Position numbers and translations under genes: made by a program. Below, piece after piece: positions 1 through 6,973 of a stretch of DNA of 29,003 nt. Where the stretch lies: contig JAGGSX010000122.1 in the NCBI GenBank assembly GCA_021158865.1, forward strand, positions 1 through 29,003, given 5' to 3'. Source of the DNA: Thermoplasmata archaeon. GTDB taxonomy: Archaea > Thermoplasmatota > E2 > UBA202 > JdFR-43. Under the pieces are notes generated by a model that was not told where the DNA came from, did not search any database, and was given only the letters and a program-made list of their open reading frames with translations. Every line of letters starts with the position of its first letter. Position 1 is the first letter of the stretch.

Positions 1-150
1 TACAACAGCATAGCAGGATGCAACATTGTGCTGAGATGGAATAACAGCAAAAATGACTTTGATGTTTATGTTCCCAATGCTCCTGACTTTGTTATTGAGC
101 AAGGCAATGGCTTCTTTGTTTCAGTGAGCCAGCAAAGCCAGTGGCATGGA
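1..150 (+). repeat. Direct repeat copy A (matches 24433..24582)
   Basis: Manual alignment gives 13 mismatches in 150 nt and no indels. Confidence 0.92.
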
Positions 151-156
151 AGCTAA
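1..156 (+). CDS. 3' end (partial) of a secreted/surface protein, paralogue of 16564..24585 (C-terminal 'GWN' module)
   Basis: Frame 1 reads YNSIAGCNIVLRWNNSKNDFDVYVPNAPDFVIEQGNGFFVSVSQQSQWHGS* (TAA 154-156), almost the same as the last 50 aa of the 2673-aa ORF. Missing from the ORF track because the window edge truncates it. Confidence 0.88.
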   Translation, partial: YNSIAGCNIVLRWNNSKNDFDVYVPNAPDFVIEQGNGFFVSVSQQSQWHGS

Positions 157-181
157 ATCTTAATCACAAAATTAACAAAAA

Positions 182-189
182 TTTATGAA
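182..189 (+). promoter_or_regulatory. Putative TATA box for gatE
   Basis: TTTATGAA starts 29 nt before the ATG at 211, the same spacing as other promoters in the window. Confidence 0.4.
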
Positions 190-210
190 TGAAAAAAACA
201 TGCTTGGACA

Positions 211-2076
211 ATGGATTATAAAAAAATTGGATTTAAAGCTGGCTTGGAGATACATCAGCAGCTTGCTACACATAAGTTATTCTGCAAATGTCAATCTGTA
301 TTAGATGAAAACGTTAAATATGCTTTTTCCCGCCGCCTCCGCCCTGTTCAATCTGAGATGGGGGATATTGATAGAGCTGCTATGGAAGAGGCAAGAAGGG
401 GCAGAGAATTTTTATATTATGCTTCTGACCAGTCATCGTGTTTGGTTGAGGCTGATGAGGAGCCACCACATGAAGCCAATGAAGAAGCTGTTGATATTGC
501 TCTTACTGTTTCTTTGCTATTAAATGCTCATGTTGTTGATGAAATTCATTTCATGAGAAAGATTGTGATAGATGGCTCAAATACAACGGGATTTCAGAGA
601 ACTGCTTTGATTGCATTGGATGGTAAGATAGATGATGTTGGTATAGCTACAATATGCCTTGAAGAAGATGCTGCAAGGAAAATTGGAGAGGAAAACAAAA
701 AAATAAAATATGCTCTGGATCGCCTTGGTATTCCGCTGGTTGAAATTGCTACAGAGCCAGAAATTAAATCGCCAGAACGTGCAAAGCAAATTGCTGAAAA
801 AATTGGTCTTATATTGAGAGCTACAAAAAAAGTTAAGAGAGGTATAGGAACAATAAGGCAGGATTTGAATGTATCGGTGAAAAATGGGGCAAGAGTGGAA
901 ATAAAAGGAGTGCAGGAATTAAATAACATACCAAAAATTCTTGAAAATGAGGTTAAAAGGCAACTTGAATTGATAGAAGTCAGTAAGAAATTGAAAAAAG
1001 TTGAGAAGATAGAAATGGAGATAAAAAATGTTAGCAAAATTTTTAAGAATACAAAATCAAAATTTATAAGAAAAGCATTAGAAAATGGTGTTGTTCTTGC
1101 TTTAAAGCTACACGGCTTTAATGGGCTCATAAAAGGAATAAGATATAAGGAACATCGTCTTGGAAAAGAATTTGCAATGCACGCAAGAATGGAAGGCGGG
1201 GGTATAATGCATTCAGATGAACTGCCTGCTTATGGAATAAGCATTGAAGAAGTAAAAGAATTAAAAAAAATCTTGAATTGTGGCGATGATGATGCATTCA
1301 TTTTATCTACTGGAGATGAGATGACAGCAAGAAAAAGCTTGGAAGCTGTTTTTAAAAGAGCTTTACAGGCATTTGAAGGCGTCCCAAGAGAAGTTAGAAG
1401 AGCCATGCCAGATGGAACAACAGAATATATGCGCCCTATGCCGGGGGCGGCGCGCATGTATCCAGAAACTGATGTTCCTCCAATAAGAATAAAAAGGCAG
1501 AGACTGAAAAAAATTGAGAAGAGATTGCCCGAATTGCCGGATGAAAAAATTGAAAGGATGAGAAGAAATTATAATTTAAGCATTGAAGAAGCAAAGCAGC
1601 TTGTTTATAACGGTAAAGACGAAATTTTTGAGAAAATTGCTTTGAGACATAGAGGATATGAAAAAATTATAGCAAGAATTTTGCTTAACATAATTGTTGA
1701 GATGGAAAGAGAAGGATATGATGGAAAAATTGCAATTAAAAAGATTGACAGCGTTTTGGATGGATTGAAAAAAAATTTATTTGCAAAAGAAGGTGTGGAA
1801 ACTTTATTATTCTATTTTGCAGAGCATCCTGAAGCAAGTATAGAAGAAGCTATTGAAAAGAAGGGAATTAAAAAAATTTCTGATGATGAGATAAGGGAAA
1901 AAATAAAAAAAATTGTTGAAGGAAAGGTTGATTTCATAAAAGAGAAAAAGGAAAGAGCCGTTTCACCTTTAATGGGATTGGTGATGAAAGAATTTAGAGG
2001 AAAGGTGGATGGTTCAGTCATAAATAAAATTTTAAGAGAGGAAGTAAAAAAATTGATAAAAGATAAGTGTAGCTAA
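211..2076 (+). CDS. gatE: Glu-tRNA(Gln) amidotransferase subunit E
   Basis: GLEIHQQL, FQRTALIA, LDRLGIPLVEIAT, GIGTIRQDLNVS, RVEIKGVQ and PGAARMYPETD motifs; AspRS-like insertion (GGIMHSDELPAYGI); YqeY-like C-terminus; 621 aa. Confidence 0.97.
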   Translation: MDYKKIGFKAGLEIHQQLATHKLFCKCQSVLDENVKYAFSRRLRPVQSEMGDIDRAAMEEARRGREFLYYASDQSSCLVEADEEPPHEANEEAVDIALTVSLLLNAHVVDEIHFMRKIVIDGSNTTGFQRTALIALDGKIDDVGIATICLEEDAARKIGEENKKIKYALDRLGIPLVEIATEPEIKSPERAKQIAEKIGLILRATKKVKRGIGTIRQDLNVSVKNGARVEIKGVQELNNIPKILENEVKRQLELIEVSKKLKKVEKIEMEIKNVSKIFKNTKSKFIRKALENGVVLALKLHGFNGLIKGIRYKEHRLGKEFAMHARMEGGGIMHSDELPAYGISIEEVKELKKILNCGDDDAFILSTGDEMTARKSLEAVFKRALQAFEGVPREVRRAMPDGTTEYMRPMPGAARMYPETDVPPIRIKRQRLKKIEKRLPELPDEKIERMRRNYNLSIEEAKQLVYNGKDEIFEKIALRHRGYEKIIARILLNIIVEMEREGYDGKIAIKKIDSVLDGLKKNLFAKEGVETLLFYFAEHPEASIEEAIEKKGIKKISDDEIREKIKKIVEGKVDFIKEKKERAVSPLMGLVMKEFRGKVDGSVINKILREEVKKLIKDKCS

Positions 2077-2077
2077 A

Positions 2078-2085
2078 TATATAAA
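2078..2085 (+). promoter_or_regulatory. Putative TATA box for the HD-citE unit
   Basis: TATATAAA starts 28 nt before the ATG at 2106; no SD motif. Confidence 0.5.
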
Positions 2086-2105
2086 ATGTTAGCATATTTC
2101 TCTTC

Positions 2106-2609
2106 ATGGATTTAGAAAAAATATTTCCTTTGCTGGATGAAATAAAAAATGAGAAAATAAAAAATAAGGTTAAGAAATGTTATGAAATTGCAATGAAAAG
2201 AGGGAAATGGGATACTATGGATGAAATTCCTTTCACTTTATCTTTTCCAAACGCATATTCATATTCAAAGCATGTGAATAATGTCACTTCGATGGCATTT
2301 GCCATAGGGAAATTAAGGAATGATGTGAATATGGACATTTTGATAGCTGGCGCCCTGCTCCATGATGTTGGAAAACTTATGGAATACGAAAAAAAAGATG
2401 GTAAAGTCGTTAAATCATCAATTGGGAAGTATATTCGTCATCCTGCTATTGGTTCAGCTCTTGCTATGGAAGTTGGGCTTGATAATAAAATTGTTAATGT
2501 TATAATGGCTCATTCTAAAGAAGGAGAGCTGGTTGAAAGATGTAATGAAGCTATAATTGTTCATCATTGTGATTTTATAGATTTTGAAATAGCGAGAGGG
2601 AGAAAATGA
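2106..2609 (+). CDS. HD-domain metal-dependent phosphohydrolase
   Basis: H...LLHDVGK...RHPAIG...AHS...HHCD metal-ligand pattern; stop overlaps the next start (ATGA 2606-2609). Confidence 0.88.
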   Translation: MDLEKIFPLLDEIKNEKIKNKVKKCYEIAMKRGKWDTMDEIPFTLSFPNAYSYSKHVNNVTSMAFAIGKLRNDVNMDILIAGALLHDVGKLMEYEKKDGKVVKSSIGKYIRHPAIGSALAMEVGLDNKIVNVIMAHSKEGELVERCNEAIIVHHCDFIDFEIARGRK

Positions 2610-3727
2610 AGGTTATGGAAGAAGGATGTGCTGGAACAGAAAATAAAATGGATTGCATGGTTCATGTGAAGCCCGGGAACAAAATTATTGTAGAAGGCAA
2701 ATCGGCAGAACTTTTTGATAACCATATAAAAGAAATTGTTGAAAAAAAACTCGATGAATTGGATGTAGAGGCGAGTGTTGAAATAAAAGAAAATGGTGCT
2801 GTTGATTATGTAATCCTTGCACGCTTGGAAGCGGCTATTGCAAAGGCTACGAGAAGTGATATTCCTGATAAAAAATCGAGGAGAGGAAAAACTGCAAGAG
2901 ATAGAATGAGGAGAAGCAGGCTTTATCTGCCAGGAAACAATCCACGTTATTTGAATAATATTGTAATATATGGAAGTGATGCTGTAATTTTGGACATGGA
3001 AGATTCTGTTGCATTGGATTACAAATTTGATGTGCGTTATCTCGTTAAAAATGCTTTGAAAAGCCTTGATTTTGGAGGGAGTGAGACATGGGTTAGAATA
3101 AATAGAGAAACAGCAAATGATGACATAAAACAAATTTCTTATGGTATGCCGCACGGAATATGTATTCCAAAAGTAGAAAGCAAAGAAGATATAGAGGTTA
3201 TAGAAAAAATAATGGAAGAAGTTGGTGGTGATTTTCATTTGATGCCCATAATAGAAAGTGCAAAAGGGATTTTAAATGCCCATGAGATTGCTTCATCAAG
3301 TGATAAAATTGTTGCAATAGCATTTGGAGCAGAAGATTATACACATAGTATAGAAGCAAAAAAAAGCTGGGAAAATTTGTTATATCCAAGGCAGAAAATA
3401 TTGCTTGCTGCAAAAGCATCGGATGTGCAGGCTTTGGATACAGTTTATTCAAATGTTAATGACATTGATGGATTGAGGGCGGAAACAAAAAAAATAGTTG
3501 AAATGGGTTTTGACGGAAAAGGAGCAATTCATCCAAGTCAGATAGAAATAATTCATGAAAGTTTTAAGCCAGATAAGGAAGAAATAGAGGAAGCAAGGAA
3601 AATAGTAAATGCAATAGAAGAAGCAAGGAAAAAAGGACTTGGAGCTGTATCTCTAAATGGCAAAATGATTGATTTGCCTGTGGAAAAAAAGGCAAGGAGA
3701 ATATTGAAACTTGCATCTCTCTATTGA
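2606..3727 (+). CDS. citE: Fusion of a citrate lyase acyl-carrier-like (CitD) domain and a CitE/HpcH-HpaI aldolase-lyase domain
   Basis: The N-terminal ~85 aa (AGTENKMD...ENGAVDYVILARLEAAIAKA) are collinear with CitD (AGTLESGD...DKGALDCILRARLEA). The C-terminal part has RSRLYLPGNN, LDMEDSV, PKVE, IESAKG, FGAEDY, GKGAIHPSQ and GKMID of the CitE family. The substrate is not established. Confidence 0.88.
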   Translation: MKVMEEGCAGTENKMDCMVHVKPGNKIIVEGKSAELFDNHIKEIVEKKLDELDVEASVEIKENGAVDYVILARLEAAIAKATRSDIPDKKSRRGKTARDRMRRSRLYLPGNNPRYLNNIVIYGSDAVILDMEDSVALDYKFDVRYLVKNALKSLDFGGSETWVRINRETANDDIKQISYGMPHGICIPKVESKEDIEVIEKIMEEVGGDFHLMPIIESAKGILNAHEIASSSDKIVAIAFGAEDYTHSIEAKKSWENLLYPRQKILLAAKASDVQALDTVYSNVNDIDGLRAETKKIVEMGFDGKGAIHPSQIEIIHESFKPDKEEIEEARKIVNAIEEARKKGLGAVSLNGKMIDLPVEKKARRILKLASLY

Positions 3728-4062
3728 GAATATCTTTCAGCCATGTCTCCGACAATTGGCAATTTATATTTCTCTCCTTGGTAGGCCTTTATCATTAAAA
3801 CAACCCACAAAACAAACGAAAGAATGCTTAAAAGCCCTCCAAGAACCCATCCTATGAAAGGAATAAGAAATAAAATCCATATTATAATGGATAGTGGAAA
3901 AAATGTAAGAATTGATTGCATTGCATGAAATCTAATAAATTTATTCTCTTTTTCCAATAAATAAAAAATCAGTCCTGTAACCCAACCCAAAATATAGCAT
4001 AATAATGCTTCCAAATTTTCTTCAATTCCTAAAGATGTTTTTTTCCATTGGGGAAGACACAT
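3721..4062 (-). CDS. DUF4870-type small membrane protein; true start uncertain (see findings)
   Basis: KTSLGIEENLEALLCY, ENKFIRFHAMQS and KAYQGEKYKLPIVG motifs with three hydrophobic segments. Confidence 0.75.
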   Translation of the reverse strand: MCLPQWKKTSLGIEENLEALLCYILGWVTGLIFYLLEKENKFIRFHAMQSILTFFPLSIIIWILFLIPFIGWVLGGLLSILSFVLWVVLMIKAYQGEKYKLPIVGDMAERYSQ

Positions 4063-4066
4063 ACAA

Positions 4067-4074
4067 TATATAAA
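4067..4074 (-). promoter_or_regulatory. Putative TATA box for the DUF4870 gene
   Basis: TTTATATA on the minus strand, preceded by purine-rich ATAAAA. Confidence 0.5.
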
Positions 4075-4167
4075 TTTTATTTCGCATGAAAAATTCTGTC
4101 TTGTTGCAAAAACTTGGAGGGAATTTATAGTAATTAAAATAAATGAGAAATATTGTAAAAATGATAT

Positions 4168-5313
4168 TTACAAATCTTCAGCCACATATATGTTGTCCTT
4201 ATTCCTTTTTATTCTTATATCTGCATATTCTCCAATTTTCTTATTTGTATTTATTACCTGTATAATTCTATCTCTTGCAACTGCAAGCATTTCATTTTTA
4301 ATTCTTCCATACATTTCCAATTTAACTCTCAATTTTTCTCCAATTCTAAATTTTTTTGGCAATGACTTGCATTTAACAATATTAAAATCTGAAGAAGATA
4401 AAATAAGGTTTTCATCAATGCTTCTTAATTTTCTAAAAAATGTTGAAAAATCCATTTTCTTAATTTTTTTTGGATTTCTGCCAAACCTATATTTAACAAA
4501 TTTCTGTATTCCAAACGGCTTCCATCTTTTTCCTGCTCCTATCTTTGTGCCAAAATCTATTATTTTTTTTATATCATCATCATTGTAGTTAGGTAGCCAT
4601 ACTGGAGCAATCAATAAATCTATATTGCTTGAGGCAATCTCCTCTGAAATTTTTATGATATGGCTCAAATCATAATTTTTATTCCCTGCAATAATCTTTG
4701 CCATTTTTTCATCCATGCTGTGTAATGATAAATTTATTCTATCTAAATAGCCATCCAATCTTGCAATCATTTCTTTTGTCAATAAAGTTCCATTTGTTTG
4801 AATTGATACAATATCTACAATTTCTGAAAGCCTTTTTATCAACTTTTCGATGAAAGGATAAAGAAAAGGTTCTCCCTGTCCATCTATATGCGCTTCTATG
4901 CTTTTACAATATTTTCTCTTAAAATTTACTAATTTTTCAAATTCATCTAAAAGATAATCAACATCAACAAGATAATCTGTAACTCTTGTCCTGCTCATTC
5001 CTTCATCAACTGAACAAAATATACAATTTAAATTGCAACCTGTTATCGGACGAACTTGAATTAAGTTTGTTCCTCTATCAATCAATCCAAATGCATTATG
5101 GCCAATAAGAGGAAATCCACTTTCCTCACTTATATAATAAAGCCTTCTTTTGGTCAGAGCATTATATAATTCTTTTTCTCCATACTGAATTATTTCCTCA
5201 TCACTATATTTTTTCCTATATCTTTCATAAAATTTTTTTGGAACTCTCGCTTCTATTACCCCATAAATTGTAAAGATAACATACTTTTCATCGTATCTTT
5301 TTTCATACTTCAT
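4168..5313 (-). CDS. Radical SAM protein with a C-terminal TRAM-like domain (uncharacterised archaeal family, COG2100-like)
   Basis: CNLNCIFC (CxxxCxxC), IDGQGEP and QTNG motifs; beta-rich C-terminal ~60 aa resembling TRAM. Confidence 0.85.
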   Translation of the reverse strand: MKYEKRYDEKYVIFTIYGVIEARVPKKFYERYRKKYSDEEIIQYGEKELYNALTKRRLYYISEESGFPLIGHNAFGLIDRGTNLIQVRPITGCNLNCIFCSVDEGMSRTRVTDYLVDVDYLLDEFEKLVNFKRKYCKSIEAHIDGQGEPFLYPFIEKLIKRLSEIVDIVSIQTNGTLLTKEMIARLDGYLDRINLSLHSMDEKMAKIIAGNKNYDLSHIIKISEEIASSNIDLLIAPVWLPNYNDDDIKKIIDFGTKIGAGKRWKPFGIQKFVKYRFGRNPKKIKKMDFSTFFRKLRSIDENLILSSSDFNIVKCKSLPKKFRIGEKLRVKLEMYGRIKNEMLAVARDRIIQVINTNKKIGEYADIRIKRNKDNIYVAEDL

Positions 5314-6677
5314 TTAAGCCAGTTTTTATACTCTATCTTTGATACAACCAATGGCGTGGGCGACTGCGGGTTTTCATCTTTTATTTCATCCACTTCCTTT
5401 GCAACAACTTTAACCTTATGCTCAAATTTTTCTTCATATCTCTCCACAATCTTATCCTTAAGTTTATCTTTTGATGGACCCTTTCCATCCCCAAATACAA
5501 TCCAAACTTCTACCTCGTCGGGCTTATATTGGTGAAGCTGAAATCTTTTTATTTTTGTTGAATTCAATTCTGTGGCTACCTCTCCAGGAATCCACATCAC
5601 GGCAGAAGGCGGCACAAGTTTTCCATCTGGAAGAATTATTGAATTTCCGCTTCTTCCTTCTATTCTTTTTATTAAAGGTGTATCAATTCCACAATCACAT
5701 GCTTCATTACTTGGCGTTACAATATCATCTATACCAACATATCTTATAATTGGTGTCCCTTTTCCATACAACCTCGTCACTGCGATATGAGCTGGCTCAT
5801 TTTCAACATGGTTACCCTTATTATCTATAAATTCAAGATGGACAAAGTCGTAATGAATATGATATTTTCCACGCTCGCATTCAAATGCTATTGGACCAGC
5901 TTCAGTAGCTCCATATACATCAAATACGGGGGCATCAAAAGCCTTGCCAACTATTTTTCTCGTTTCTTCATCAAATGTTCCGCCACATGAGCCAACAAGA
6001 TTAACATTTATTTTATTTCCATATCCTTGCTCGCGCAGAAAAGCAAGGTGGCGAAGAGCCCCTGGATACCCAGCCAGCACTTCTGGATTAAATTCTTCTA
6101 TTTTTTTAATCATATTCCTTGGATCTTCGTTCACATTTAGCAATTGTATGTGATTTGTTCCAATTCCTGAACCTTTCATCAAACTCAATACAACATTATC
6201 ATAATATGGCTCCTGCATGCTTCCCGTATAATCTCCTATCAATGACATTCTTGTTTTTCTCCAGTTATATCCATGGGCTTTTAATTCTCTAACAGAACCA
6301 AATAATTGACGGAGAAAACCATAGCTATCTATCCAGAGTGCTACGGGTTTTCCTGTTGAACCCGATGTTATAAGAGTATGACCTTTAAATCCTTCTGGAG
6401 CAGATTTATCTGGATATGCGTTTCTCAAATCTTCTTTCGTTATGAATGGCAACTTATCCAAGTCGTCAAGGCTTTTTATTTTATCAACATCAACACCATA
6501 CTCTTTATATTTTTTTATATATAGAGGAACTTTTAGAGAATATCTGAAAATTTTCCTAAACATTTTATTTCTATATGCGTCAAGCTCCTTTCTATTTTCT
6601 CTAAAAATTCTATTCACATTGGTATAATAACCTATTGCTGCCCTTACTGCAAACACAGGATTAAGGAATGGGTTCAT
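5310..6677 (-). CDS. Phenylacetate-CoA ligase-like (PaaK/CapK family) adenylate-forming enzyme
   Basis: LPFITKEDLR, TSGSTGKP (P-loop), YGATEAG, PIIRYVGIDD and EGRS motifs; overlaps the radical SAM start by 4 nt (ATGA). Confidence 0.87.
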   Translation of the reverse strand: MNPFLNPVFAVRAAIGYYTNVNRIFRENRKELDAYRNKMFRKIFRYSLKVPLYIKKYKEYGVDVDKIKSLDDLDKLPFITKEDLRNAYPDKSAPEGFKGHTLITSGSTGKPVALWIDSYGFLRQLFGSVRELKAHGYNWRKTRMSLIGDYTGSMQEPYYDNVVLSLMKGSGIGTNHIQLLNVNEDPRNMIKKIEEFNPEVLAGYPGALRHLAFLREQGYGNKINVNLVGSCGGTFDEETRKIVGKAFDAPVFDVYGATEAGPIAFECERGKYHIHYDFVHLEFIDNKGNHVENEPAHIAVTRLYGKGTPIIRYVGIDDIVTPSNEACDCGIDTPLIKRIEGRSGNSIILPDGKLVPPSAVMWIPGEVATELNSTKIKRFQLHQYKPDEVEVWIVFGDGKGPSKDKLKDKIVERYEEKFEHKVKVVAKEVDEIKDENPQSPTPLVVSKIEYKNWLK

Positions 6678-6788
6678 GTTATTAAATATGGAAGTATTTA
6701 AAATTTTTTTAATGAAATTTGTGAAACCAAAAATAGTGTAGAAAGACTTAAGGAATTTTATAAATTTTTGATGTAAATAATTAGATTT

Positions 6789-6795
6789 AAAAAAA
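6789..6795 (-). terminator. Oligo-T terminator after tRNA-Leu
   Basis: A T7 run on the minus strand begins 9 nt past the discriminator base. Confidence 0.55.
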
Positions 6796-6803
6796 GGGAA
6801 TAG

Positions 6804-6933
6804 TGCAGGGGGCGAGATTTTCGAGCATGCTTGCGAGAAAATATGGCTTCACAAGTCATGCATTTGAACTCGCGAACCCCTACGGGACAGGCCCCTCAAG
6901 CCTGCGCCTTTGGCCTGGCTCGGCTACCCCTGC
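6804..6933 (-). tRNA. tRNA-Leu(GAG) with a 45-nt T-loop intron; CCA not encoded
   Basis: Minus strand: acceptor GCAGGGG/CCCCTGC plus A73; D stem GCC/GGC; anticodon stem CAGGC/GCCTG with loop TTGAGGG (GAG at 6897-6895); variable arm CCC-GTA-GGG; T stem GCGAG/CTCGC. Removing 6862..6818 gives the loop TTCAAAT and an 85-nt class II tRNA. Confidence 0.93.
6818..6862 (-). other. Non-canonical tRNA intron at position 59/60
   Basis: TGCATGACTTGTGAAGCCATATTTTCTCGCAAGCATGCTCGAAAA. Internal hairpin GCATG/CATGC plus CTTGTGA/TCGCAAG; BHB-like junctions AA|T on both strands. The exact boundary is inferred from BHB geometry because AAAT repeats at both ends. Confidence 0.85.
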
Positions 6934-6954
6934 TTATTTTAATAAGTATACTAT

Positions 6955-6970
6955 TATTTAAATCTATTTT
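6955..6970 (-). promoter_or_regulatory. BRE and TATA box for tRNA-Leu
   Basis: AAAATAGA-TTTAAATA; the TATA box starts 29 nt before tRNA nucleotide 1. Confidence 0.6.
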
Positions 6971-6973
6971 ATG

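Noticed and set aside
2106-2609. Assignment of the HD protein as MptB or another named phosphodiesterase
   Set aside because: Only generic HD motifs are visible; there is no basis for a specific name.
4168-5313. Assignment as RaSEA, MiaB/MtaB or Tyw1
   Set aside because: No N-terminal UPF0004 domain or extra cluster cysteines, and no arcS neighbour; only the CxxxCxxC core and a TRAM-like tail are supported.
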